From positions 36,890,001 through 36,954,000 of the forward strand of contig NC_067401.1 of assembly GCF_016432865.1 (NCBI RefSeq): a stretch of 64,000 bases of DNA. Reading direction: 5' to 3'. A model generated the notes under the pieces. It was not told the DNA's origin. It did not search any database and worked only from the letters and a program-made list of their open reading frames with translations. Positions within the stretch are counted from its first letter, which is position 1; each line of letters opens with the position of its first letter. The position numbers and the translations under genes were made by a program. This DNA is from Antechinus flavipes (taxonomy: Eukaryota). This document shows positions 23,876 through 35,057 of this stretch, piece by piece.

Positions 23876-24656
23876 AATCTCCTAACATAAGTCAAGTGAC
23901 ATTGTTTTCAGGACAGGAGAAGCCTCTTTTTAGAATTTGCTCCCCAGGGCAGATCCTTGTTTGGGGAGTATCTGGATGGGCCTGTGGTTTCCTTAGTGCA
24001 GGAAACTTCCTAGTGAGAAAACTCTTTCTGCTGAGACAGCAGCCATCTGCTCCTCAGACTGCACAGTCACATGCCCGCAACACAGGTCATGCCTTGGAGT
24101 GTGGTTTCTTTGGATATACTAATTATTAATTTGCTCATTGGGCTATCCCCATGCTTAAAATAACAAGGAGAATAACAAGGAGATCTGGGTAGCCCCTTTC
24201 CCCCTTAACCCTTGTGATCTATGGAATGACCTACTGGGCTTCCACGTCCTTTTTCTAAGTAGTTGTCAAATATAAAGGGGAAAATTTTAAGCACGTTTTT
24301 TCTGGGGCCCGGTGAAAGAAATAAAGCCAATCTTTAAACTTTTAAAGAAAACTTCTTATTTAAAGCCCTTTTTTGGTTCTTGGTCTCTGAATTGGTTGTT
24401 TGATGATTTGTTTTGTAATCCTTTTCCTGATAACATTTTTGAGCTGCTGCCACCATTTTGCTGCTATTTTTTAATAAGAAATTTAGTTGGCCCCAAAGAA
24501 TTCCTCTTTTAACAAGCTCCGTGGCTGATGGTATGCTTTTGGAAGCATTGCTGACACCGGTAATTTTGAAAATTGCTTTAGGATTAACCTTTACCATTGT
24601 TTCCCACGAGCTGTTGATGGAAATCCATCCCTGTGTATATTTATGGGGATGTGTAT

Positions 24657-24811
24657 GTTTTTTGTTTTGTTTTTTTGCTGAGGCATTTGGGGTCAAGTGA
24701 CTTACCCAAGATCACACAGCTAAGGAGTGTTAAGTGTCTGAGGTTAGATTTGAACTCAGGTCTTGCTGACTTCAGGGTTGGTGCTCTTTCTGCTGTGCCA
24801 CCTAGCTGTCC
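24657..24811 (-). mobile_element. WSINE1-like SINE with imperfect TSD atgtg(t/a)atgtttt
   Basis: T-rich tail followed by gctgaggcatttggggtcaagtgac...gccacctagctgtcc. The flanking repeat has one mismatch and overlaps the T tail. Confidence 0.85.
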
Positions 24812-25344
24812 TATGTGAATGTTTTAAAAATAAATTATAGTATTTTCTTACATATTACTCTGTGGTAGATATACAAGTAGGGTCTTGGGCATAAGATATG
24901 CATGTAGTGGAATGTTGGGATTTTTTTTTTTTCCTTTTACCTTCTTCCTGCACCTGACATTGATTACCTTCTTGAAGTTTGATATTCCTTTGGTTTCTGT
25001 AATTGGGATCTACTTTTACTCTTTTGTTGGATTGTTTTTTTGTACTCTCTATGTACTCTTATCCTTCCCTATTACCTGCCCATTGGGCCATATGGGTATG
25101 ATGTCAAAGCCCTTTATATTTCTCCTTTCAATTACTTGGTCTCAAAAGAATTTAGTAATCCTTGTGGTTTTCCCTGTTGCTTGTATGAGATCTATTGATT
25201 AATTTGTTCTCTATCCGAGATCTTTCTCTTCTTTTACTTCCCATTTGGGAATAGCACCATTAAAAATTGATCTCATCTTTTCAGTATTCCATTTAATTTT
25301 TTTCTGTTTTACCATTAGTAGTGCCACTATTTTCCTGATACTTC

Positions 25345-25552
25345 TATCACCTTCCCTCCCTTCCTCCCTCCTTCCCTTTCTTTTTTTTCCCTCTCCTTCC
25401 TTCCACCCTTCCTTGGTCTCCCCCCCTTCCCTCCATTGCCTTTTTCTTCCCTCTCTTTCCTTCCTCCCTTTCATTCCTTCTCTCCCTTCCCTCTTTTCTT
25501 CCCTCCTTTTCTCCCTTCTTTTTTTCTTTTCTCTCCCACTTCTTCCTTTCCG
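25345..25552. repeat. CT-rich homopyrimidine low-complexity tract
   Basis: About 200 nt of almost pure C/T. It explains the spurious ORFs 25211..25474 and 25245..25583. Confidence 0.9.
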
Positions 25553-25879
25553 TCTTTCAAATTTTATATTGATACCTTTGTGACCCCATAATATTTTCCA
25601 GTATTATGCTCTGCTTTCCAAACCATCTTTTGCATTAAAAAACAAATAAGCAAAATCAACTCAAAGAGTTACTGTGTCATCTGGAATCTCTCTTTCTTCC
25701 CTTGACAAGAGGAAGATATTTCAGCATCTCTCCTTTGGGAATAATATGATCATTACATCTAATCTGAATTTAACTGCCTTTTTGTTTTTCATTCACATTA
25801 TTGTAGTGATTATATATTGTTTTCTTAGTCCTTTTTTACTCTGCATCAGTTGATAAAAGACTAACTTCTTTCCTCCCCC

Positions 25880-26260
25880 CACTCCCATATCATCCATTAC
25901 TAAATTCTGTCAATTCTGTTCAGTATTTTTTGGACCTGTGTCTCCTTTTTGAATTTTCACAACTACCACTGTTCTGGACTTAATCATCTTATTTTCAACT
26001 GAGATATTTTAGCAGCTAATTTCTCTGTCTTCATTTTCTTCATGTACATTCGTTCTACAGTTGGCTGCTTCCATATCATTTTCATCATATCCAAGAATTT
26101 GAGAACCCACAGTGGCTTATCCTTGCTGATCACATCTAATCTAAACTCCCCAAACTCGTGTTCCCCAAACTTGTGTTCTAGACTCCTCACAGAATCTTTT
26201 TCTTCTTTTCCTCCCTGTCTTCCTTCAAGGCCCTATTAGTCTCATCAAGGTCATTTCTCC
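25880..26260 (+). mobile_element. L2 LINE remnant
   Basis: aaattctgtcaattc...taatcatctt...cagtggctt...taatctaaactcc, resembling the L2 3' region. Confidence 0.5.
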
Positions 26261-26269
26261 ACATGTGGC

Positions 26270-26830
26270 CTCAAAAAGTACTAACTGGAGGCAATTTTCA
26301 GAATATTTTAAGGTCTCAAGACTTCAGTGAGATTCGTTGAAAGAAATCTTCTAATAACACATCTCGGAAAAATGAAATAAATGATAAGTTCTCAGAAAGA
26401 AAGTTCTGTTGACCAGTCTGTGATATGATTGTCAAACCAGTCTGTTAAATAGCTGTATCAGTGTATACATCTGGGATAAGCACTGTACACAGTGAATTTG
26501 GTCTAGAATTGAATTAAGGGAAGAGTTGGCTAGATGGCATGTAAGAAATTTCAGAGAGCTTTAAACTGGTCCATGACACAAAAATCCATCGTTTTTATTA
26601 AGGATATTTTCTAGGTAATGTTATTTTGGGAAAGAGGGATTGTGGAACATCATAATTTTTAAAGCATCATCAGAATTGCAGGTGACCCAAAAGTCAAGAA
26701 AACCAAATTTTTTTTTTGTTCTTTGTCTCAAAATCTTTTCTATGAGAGAACTAAAGTCAAATGATGAGTCAAAAGTTATTGGTCATTTGTGGGTGGAGTT
26801 ATATCAGAGATGGCAAGAAGCCTTCTAGGG
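26270..26830 (+). mobile_element. RTE-clade LINE remnant (C-terminal to RT)
   Basis: gaatttggtctagaattgaattaagggaagagttggctagatggcatg resembles the RTE motif ELGPELNRRKRAGW. Confidence 0.5.
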
Positions 26831-26994
26831 GACAACACAAACAGGTAGTGAAGGTAATAAATTGAGAATGCTTTTGTTTATTCATGTCTGTAGTGCTTTC
26901 CTAATATAGTATATGTTGGTCACTTATTTTGTTTTTTTAACATTATTTTCTAGATGGAACTGATTTTTCCATATTGTTTTTCTCATTACTACAG

Positions 26995-27187
26995 CACTGA
27001 TGCTGGAGACAGTCCTGTTGGCACCACCGCCACGACCAATCTGGAACAGCCTCAAGTCATCCCTTCTCAAGGTGACCTGCTGGGTGACCTTCTGAACCTT
27101 GATCTGGGGCCCCCTGTCAATGTGCCACAGGTTTCCTCTATGCAGATGGGGGCCGTCGACCTCTTAGGAGGCGGCTTGGACAGTCTG
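26995..27187 (+). CDS. AP2B1: AP2B1 coding exon (~exon 14), 193 nt, hinge containing the clathrin box LLNLD (27089-27103)
   Basis: Acceptor cattactacag|C; donor CTG|gtaagc. Translation (S)TDAGDSPVG...GDLLGDLLNLDLGPP...GGGLDSL. Confidence 0.97.
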
Positions 27188-28439
27188 GTAAGCATCTCTC
27201 CTTGTCTCTTTTTGGTCTTGTGTAGTCTTTGCTTTGCTAACAAGACCTTGGTTTATGCTGTTTGGTGTGATCAGTGGTCTGTATATCCTCCTAAGCACTA
27301 ATATTCTTTGATGGAAGATAGGGATCACATCGACTGTTGTTCTTTGGCTTGATACATTTCTGCAGGTTTATGGGATGGATTTTCTTAGCTAGTTTCAAAA
27401 TAGAAAGCACTTTGGTGTTTCAGGAATTGTTACTTACAGATTGAGGTATATTTGAGCATCTTTCTGGAGTTGATTAGAGTGGAAACTGCTTGGCTACTTT
27501 CCATTTTCTTTTTTCCTCCCTTCTGGTCCTGCTTCCAATTAAATTAGCTTCCGGGATTCTGATACAAAAAGGCTTGTGGTCAACAGTTTTTGTAAACATT
27601 GCCACCTTTGGGTTCGGGAGTCAAAAGTAGCTTGAGCTCGGAATGAGAGGAGGTAAGTTAGGGAGGGATTTTACAGGGACTGGAAGGTGGAGGAATAAAA
27701 GGCTCCTCAATGGCTTCCTGGTATTTGGATGCAGCTCTTGCCAGCTGGACACTTGGAGCACATCACATTTGTTTGCAAATGATGTGTTTTGTCCATTTGA
27801 TTCATTTCCCATTTTTAGAAATTAAAGGCAGATATTCCCAAAATAAGTGTGTCCTTCTAGAGACTTGTAACTAAGACAGTGGTTTTCTGTGGCATCTACA
27901 TGGGACTCATATCTGGGAGCAGTAGGATTTCCTGAAGTTAATGCCAACCCAATGGGTGTTTTTGGTTTCTGACAGACTAAGAAGCCTGTATACATTTCTG
28001 TGAGGCATTCTAATGGACAGATACTGCTTCCAGTTATGCAAATACACAAGCAATTTCATGTTTGTTTTTTGAAAATGATGTTTTAACTTTCTGGGTAGAA
28101 TTTTAAGGGAATTGAGGAGTAGCCCTTGTGAATAATACCATAAAAGGCCCAACTCTATATGGTCATTCCTGCAGTGTAGCTCTATAATCAAATTCCTCCT
28201 GTATTTTGCAGTCACCTTCCAGTTTTTGGAAATAGATTTATGACCTTTCAAATCATTAGTATAGAAGCACTCCAAATTTCTTTAAAAAGAGCAACATGCC
28301 CCCTTTCATCCTTTTTATGCACCAAGAAAAGTATTCGATTGACAGTTACTCTAACCTGTGCTTCATATTCCGTAACTTGTTTAGCCATTCCCCAGGTGAC
28401 AGACACCTCTTCAGTTTCTTGTTCTTTGTCACCATAAAG

Positions 28440-29830
28440 CTCCTATAATATTTTTGAACATATAGCTTCTTTTGAATTTTCCCTGATTAGGAAACAGACC
28501 TAATAGTGGTATTGCTAGGTCAAAGAATATATGCAGTTCATAAAACTTGCATGGGCATAATTCCAGATTGTTCTTCATAATGGGTGAATTAGTTCACAGT
28601 TCCATCAACAATATATTAGAGTCCCAATTTTTCCACATCCATGCTCGCATTAGTCATTTTCTTCTTTCATTTTAGCCAATCTAATGGATGTGAGAGAGCT
28701 CAAAGTTTTTTTAATTTTCATGTCTCTAATCAATAATAATTTGGAGCATTTTTTCATTTGACTACCTATAACTTTAATTTCTTCTTAGGAAAAGTGCCTG
28801 TTCATACTTTGATCATATATCATTTGGGGGAATGACTAGTATCCTTATATATTTGACAAAGTTCTCTGTATATTTGAGATATGAGCTCTTTGTCCTAGAA
28901 ACTGTCTATGAAAATTCCCGTCTCTCCGCATTTTTCTGCTTTCCATTGGATTTTAGTTACATTGGTTTTATTTATACAAAAACTTTTAAACTTAATGTAA
29001 TCAGAATTATTCATTTTATATCCCACAATGCTATCTCATTTGTACATAAATTATTCATTTCTTGTGTATGCTAAGTAATATGTTCCATTTTTTTGCCCAA
29101 TTTACTTATGATATTTCCCTTTGTATCTAAGTCACGTTTTCATTTTTACTTTATATTGGCAGATGTGTAAGATACTGGTTTCTACCCAGTTTGTGTCAGT
29201 CCATTTTCCAGCTTTCTTTTCTTTTCTTTCTTTCTTTTTTTTCCCCTGAAGCAATTGGGGTTAAGTGACTTGCCCAGGGTCACACAGCTAGGAAGTGTTA
29301 AATGTCTGAGGTCAAATTTGAACTCAGGTCCTCCTGACTTCAGGGCTTTGATAATTCCTGCCTTATATTGTGGTACTGCTAAACCTCCTTTCTCTCTCTC
29401 TCTTTTTTTTTTTTTTCCATTCCTTTGGCATTCTTGATTTTTTGTTCTTCCAAATGAATTTTTTTTTTTTTTAGCTCAAAAATTATTTGGGGTGTAATTT
29501 AAATGTTGAGATGGTATTTAATAAATAGATTAGTTTGAGTAGAATAGGCATTTTTGTTACATTGGCTCTCTGCCCACTCATGAAAAATTAATATTTCTTC
29601 AGTTATTAATCTGACCATATTTGTATAAACATGTTATGTTCTTATAGTCTCTAGGTTTGTTTTGGCAGGTATATTCCCAGCTATTCTATGGTATCTCTCC
29701 TTGCAGGATCGTTAGTGAAACTTAGAAAAGTTAGTAATTTATGTGAGTTTATTTTATATCCTGCAACTTTGCTAAAATTATCAATTATTTCAACTTTTAG
29801 TTGAAATCTCTAGGATATATTTTCATATAT
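28440..29830 (-). mobile_element. L1 ORF2 3' fragment with a nested SINE
   Basis: ctaatagtggtattgctaggtcaaag...ttcacagttccatcaacaat...tttggagcattttttcat...gttcatactttgatcat are typical antisense marsupial L1. Confidence 0.8.
29213..29347 (-). mobile_element. WSINE1-like SINE, 5'-incomplete, inside the L1 fragment
   Basis: (CTTT)n tail followed by cctgaagcaattggggttaagtgacttgcccagggtcacacagctaggaagtgttaa...ctcctgacttcaggg. Confidence 0.85.
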
Positions 29831-30613
29831 AAAAAAAAAGTTTCAGTGACTTTGTGGATAACATTGTTGTTATTCCTTTCTTCCTCTATTAAAAATTGAG
29901 AGATAAGACAATAACCCTTTTTAAAAAACAAGCCACAAAGCAAGCATATTTCTTTCTTTACTGAGTAACACATTTTGTGATAGATCCTCTGGAGCCCTGA
30001 CCTTGGTCAGAGGCCTTTTATCTTTGGAAGTTATTTTTCTTTACAAAAATGTTGTCCTGTTATAAATTGTTCTTTCAGGTTGAGTTCAACTCACTTTGCA
30101 GCAGCTTATTCGCACTGAAATCATCATCATTTTTGTCATTTCTTATGAGGTGCTAAGTAGATATCCCATTGCATTGCTGTACCCTGTTTTGTAGATAGGC
30201 ATCAGGTTATTGTGACCATTCAGAATTATTCTTTAATTGGATTCTTAAAGCTACAGGTATGACTCATGCTGTTACTCCTAGTTTTCTCAAGCCATAAAAC
30301 TAAACACATTATTCCTCCACAATGGAAAGGTAGGGTTCTTCCTTTATCCCCCCTCAAAAGAAAAGAAATTGAATGAAAACAAAACTCTATATGCTAAAAG
30401 TTTCATTTCTCTTCCTTTTACTTTCTCTCTGCTTTCAGAGGATTAGTAGAGAGTAATTAGTAGAGAAGGTTTGGTCTTGATCCCTTAAATGATATTCTTT
30501 AACTTAGTTGTGATTACTGGCCAAATTAAGGTGTCAATTCATTGACCCGATTTGGAAAGGAGCCTGCTACAACTTAATATTGAGGAATGGTCATCACTTT
30601 ACACATTCATTTT

Positions 30614-30681
30614 CTCATAATATGGTGGACTTCTTATAAAATGTTCACTCATAAAATGGTGGACTTCTTATAAAATGTTCT
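30614..30681. repeat. 34-bp tandem duplication
   Basis: ctcataa(t/a)atggtggacttcttataaaatgttc(a/t) x2, with 2 mismatches. Confidence 0.9.
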
Positions 30682-33600
30682 GTATCAGCGATTTGGCTCT
30701 TGACTTTGGCCTCTGACCAACACTCCAAATTTGAAATGAAGGCATGTTAAGGATGCTTTTATCAGCAATGGCTTCTTGTAAAAAATCTGTTTTCTTATAA
30801 GCTTGTTTCCTTGTGCCATGTATGTGGATGTGGCAGATACAAGTGGTACTTTGCCAACCTCTCTCACTTTTCTTCTGTTCGCTTATCTCTGGAATACTTT
30901 TTATATTCAGATTTGTATAAGAGAAAGTCAGAATGTACATGCACCTAATGTTCAGTCAGCATTGAAAGGCTCAGGTGTTATTTTATTATTCTCCAAGAGA
31001 ATAAGTTTGGCTTCTATCTTGGAGCGCTTTTTATTTTATTTCAACAAGTATTTGACTTCCTCCTGTCTGTGAGGATGTTAAACAGAAGAGAACATCATGA
31101 TCTCTGCTCCCACCAAGCTTGAGGATGCCCAGGTTAGATCTCACACACTCACAGTATGAAGTGGATACGAGTTGAGAAATTAGGAAGCAGATGCTCTAAA
31201 AGTAAGCGCTTTTGGTTTGGTTGGTCCTTGCGAAGCTGTGGAATAGACTGGGTTAGAGTTTAAAAGATCTAAGGGTTGGAGTATGATTCCTCGACTATGG
31301 GCAGTTCCTATTGTCTATGAGTAGGGCAGCTTGGAGCTTTCTTTGCATCTTTTTTTTCCTGCAGGCAAATTAAGAGGTGAAGAGAGATTAGACTGGATCC
31401 CAGGGCATTCTCTTACCTGCTTGGGAAGATGATGAAGATAAGTAGTGTTTGGAATGTTTTGAGTTTGAGGATTCAGTAGAATAGCCAAGTTAATTTATCT
31501 GAGGAAGATTTTGAAATGCTGATACAGTTTGAGAGTTACATCATCCAAGCATTTAGCTCTGATTGTTGCCAGGCATGGGAGATACACAGCCAGAAATAAG
31601 AAAAAAATTCTTGCTTTCCAAGAGCTTATGAAGAATTGGGAAATAAAGAGATGACTGGCTTGGGGGTTCCTCTCTAAATGGATGTTTGGGGATGAACTTC
31701 CTCTCCACCTTCCATTTAGAAAGTTCTGATGGATTAATGAAAACCAGAGCTGATCTGATTTTCAAGATGATCAGGATCCTGGAAGTCCAAGGAGTGTAGC
31801 TGAATGGGAAATAAAGAGCCAAATTATGAGCCATTTTTTAGATTAGGAAGGTTCCTGTTCCAACTTCTTATACTTCTGTATTCACAGATATTATAGTATA
31901 TTTTAAGAGGTGGATTAAGATAGTGATGCATGTGGATGTATTCACTCACAAACATATGATGTGAAAGTAAAAGAAAATGAGAATGCTTTACAAACATGGT
32001 TTTGCTATGAATGTATCCTGTGTGGGCAAACTGGAACAATCTGGTTTTCTACAGTAGTTTTTACATTTTTAAGTAAAGTTTTATTGTATTGAAAAATGTA
32101 GTAATTGTTCTCAGCTCACTGACCCTCATGCAAAAAGGCAACAGTTGGCTGACCCTTATCTAGACAGTCAGGTACCACCTCCTCTGAAGTTTTTGGATCC
32201 TCCTCTTCCCCAAGGAGAGCCCCTTCTCTCCTTTGCCCTTAGATCTCATGTCTCTTTGTTCTTCCGCTCTCCTCATCAGAGTCTAGGCCTCTTCAGGACA
32301 GGACCTGTGTCCTTTGTTACTTAGAGGTTTTGACTTTTGCATTGCTAGTCCAGCTACAAAACCACTTCGCTTGCCTTTTGTTCCAGTATATTTGCTTGCA
32401 TATTTTTTATATTTCTGCTTCTTGTATACCAGTTTAGGATATAAAAAGCAAATGGTGTATTATTAACATAGTGTCAAGCACAAAGCAGGCACTATACAAA
32501 TATTTATTTCTTCCCCATAAGAGTGGAAGGCTGTTTCTTCTATTGGATGCTGTTCATTTTTTCTCCTTATTTCCATCTTTTGCCTTGTGGTTTCTACAGA
32601 GAGTTTCTTTTCTCTTGTTACCAAAAAAAAATGGGGAATGGGTATCTGCCATTTCTGCTGCCTCAGTCCTATGCTAATGATATTTATCGTTCTTAAAAAC
32701 CACTGAGATATAGTCCATTTCAGATTGATTATTTTCCTGAGATGTGAATAATAGAATACCCACTGTCATAATAGGAACTAAATTAATGGTGAATTTCCCT
32801 ATAGTCCTTTATCCTGACTGCTGAAGCCCTTCTGTTCGTGTCTGTCTCTGTCTGTCTATGTCTCTCTCTCTCTCTCTAAATGAGTTTTTTAAAGGATACT
32901 GTTTTTTTTTTTCTTCCCTCAATAATAAAAGCTTAATGGTTTGGCTTGGGATGTAGATTGATCATTTAACCTTAAATGATTGATTAGTTGTACCAATGTT
33001 GGTGTAACATTCATGCTTAGTGTTAATAAAGTATTTTTTAAAAACTATCTTCATTTTGTGACTAATTATTTGAAATAATGTGACTTTTTTCATAGTTGGG
33101 TCTGCCTCTTAAACAAGTCTTTCTGATTTATTTGGTATGGGTTAGGAAGTGACATGATATCTAAGTATTACACCATAGCACTTTTTTGGGGAGGAGGGGC
33201 ATCTTTGACACTCAGTCTGACATCTGTATAGCTTTTTAAGGTTATACTTGAATTGCTGGAATGTGACTTTTACTTTAAGGCTGTCAGGAGAAATCTTGAC
33301 TAAGTTATACCCTTCTATTCATTAAAGCCTGTGCATTATTCCATTTGGATTTGTGGTATTAATTAATATGGAAAGGAAGCATTACTAAAGAGTCCTCTTT
33401 CTTTATTCCAGGAAGGAAAAGGGCCTTAACTTTAGAGAAATTTGCTAAGTATGCAAGAAAATAGATCATGAAAATCCTAGTTGGATAAGAGGTGACTGCT
33501 GACTGCTCAATCTGTCCAACCCTTACCACCTTCTGTTTCCTGAAGGACCTTTGCCTTCAAATGTTTCTTAAATGTCACTCTTCTACTTCCCCTGTCAAAA

Positions 33601-34344
33601 ATAAAAACTTCACATTAATTTTGAATAATTTATTGATCTTCATTATAAGGGTTTCTGTGCTAATTTGACAACTTATTTTATAGAGTAATCATTGCTAACT
33701 CTAAAGAGTATCTGTTTTAATGTCATTGTTGTGTTTGGGCTTTTGGTCAGTGGTATTCGACAATATGAATTGTAGAGCTAGACAAATCCCCGTAGATGGG
33801 ATTTGTTCATTTTTGTTGCCAGGGACTAGGTTGGTTGAAGCTGCCATACGGTTTTTAGCCTGAAATCCAACATCACTTAAATTCATACCAGAAACAAATT
33901 GAGCTACTTCTATTAAGTGCATAACTTAATTATCTTTACTTAATAATTTAAATTTGATTGTGTTAGCTGCCTTTTGGAAGAAGAGATGTGACATATCCTC
34001 TGCACTCTGGTAGAAAATAGGGACCAAGCACTGCTTATTCACTCTGTGAATGACTCTATCTTAGTGGAGATTGTTACTATCATCTAAGCAATGAATAACC
34101 TTTAGAAAAGGCCTTCTTCATTTACACTGATAATGTGGACATGGATATGATGCCATAGGCCTACATTGGAAGATTTGTTAACTTCAATCCCTTTTGTGAT
34201 AAAATTCTTCAAGAAAATTCTTTCCAATCTATGGGAAAAGATTAGTTTAGGAAATCCTGTCCAATATTTATTTAATATATCATCATTGAAATGTTTAAGA
34301 TAGTCTGAGTTTTTTTTTTTTTTTAAGTAATCTATGAATAAGTG

Positions 34345-35057
34345 AAAGTGATGATGCCACTCTAGAAGAAGATAAAGCAGAAGACTGCAAAGCCAGCTTA
34401 AAGTTTAACTTAAAAAAACAAAAACAAGAAAAGTTTAAATCTAAGATCATGGCAAGTAGATGGAAAAGAAATGGAAGCAGAGGCAGATTTTATATTAGAC
34501 TCAAAGATCATTGTAGACAGCAATTGTAGCCATGAAATTAAAAGATGCTTTTTCCTTGGAAGGAAAACTATGGCAAATCTTGACAGCAGACTAGAAAACA
34601 GAGACATCACTTTACTGACAAAGGTCCATATAGCCAAAATCATGGTTTTTCCAGGAGCAGTGTATGACTGTGAGAGTTAGACTGTAAGGAAAGCTGAATG
34701 TTGCAAAATGGTGCTTTCCAACTGTGTTGGTGGAGAAGACTTTTGAGAATCCTTTGGATAGCAAAGAGATCAAATTAGTAAATACTTAAAAAAATTAATT
34801 TAGACTATTCATTGGAAGGTGAAATACTGTAGATGAAGCTTAACTACTTTGGCCACATGATAAAAAGATAGACATCAGAAAAAGGCCCTCATGGTTGGGA
34901 AAGATCGAAGGCAAAAAGAGGAGAGGGACAGTAGAGGATGATAGTCTTAGTGTTAGGGAAACACCAAATATAAGCTTGGACAGATTGGGAGATTGTGGAG
35001 GATGTGGTCTATGGGATTGTGGAGAATTGGACATGACTGAGCATCTGAACAGCAACA
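34345..35057 (+). mobile_element. BovB (RTE) LINE 3' fragment: end of RT, C-terminal region and tail
   Basis: ORF 34471..34680 DFILDSKIIVDSNCSHEIKRCFFLGRKTMANLDSRLENRDITLLTKVHIAKIMVFPGAVYDCES resembles BovB DFIFLGSKITADGDCSHEIKRRLLLGRKVMTNLDSILKSRDITLPTKV. Tail gacatgactgagcatctgaacagcaac. Confidence 0.9.

Noticed and set aside
24334-24696. 120-aa minus-strand ORF containing a Kozak-like aaaATGGtggcagcagc
   Set aside because: It starts inside a SINE, has no recognisable homology, and there is no poly(A) tail or TSD to support a retrocopy.
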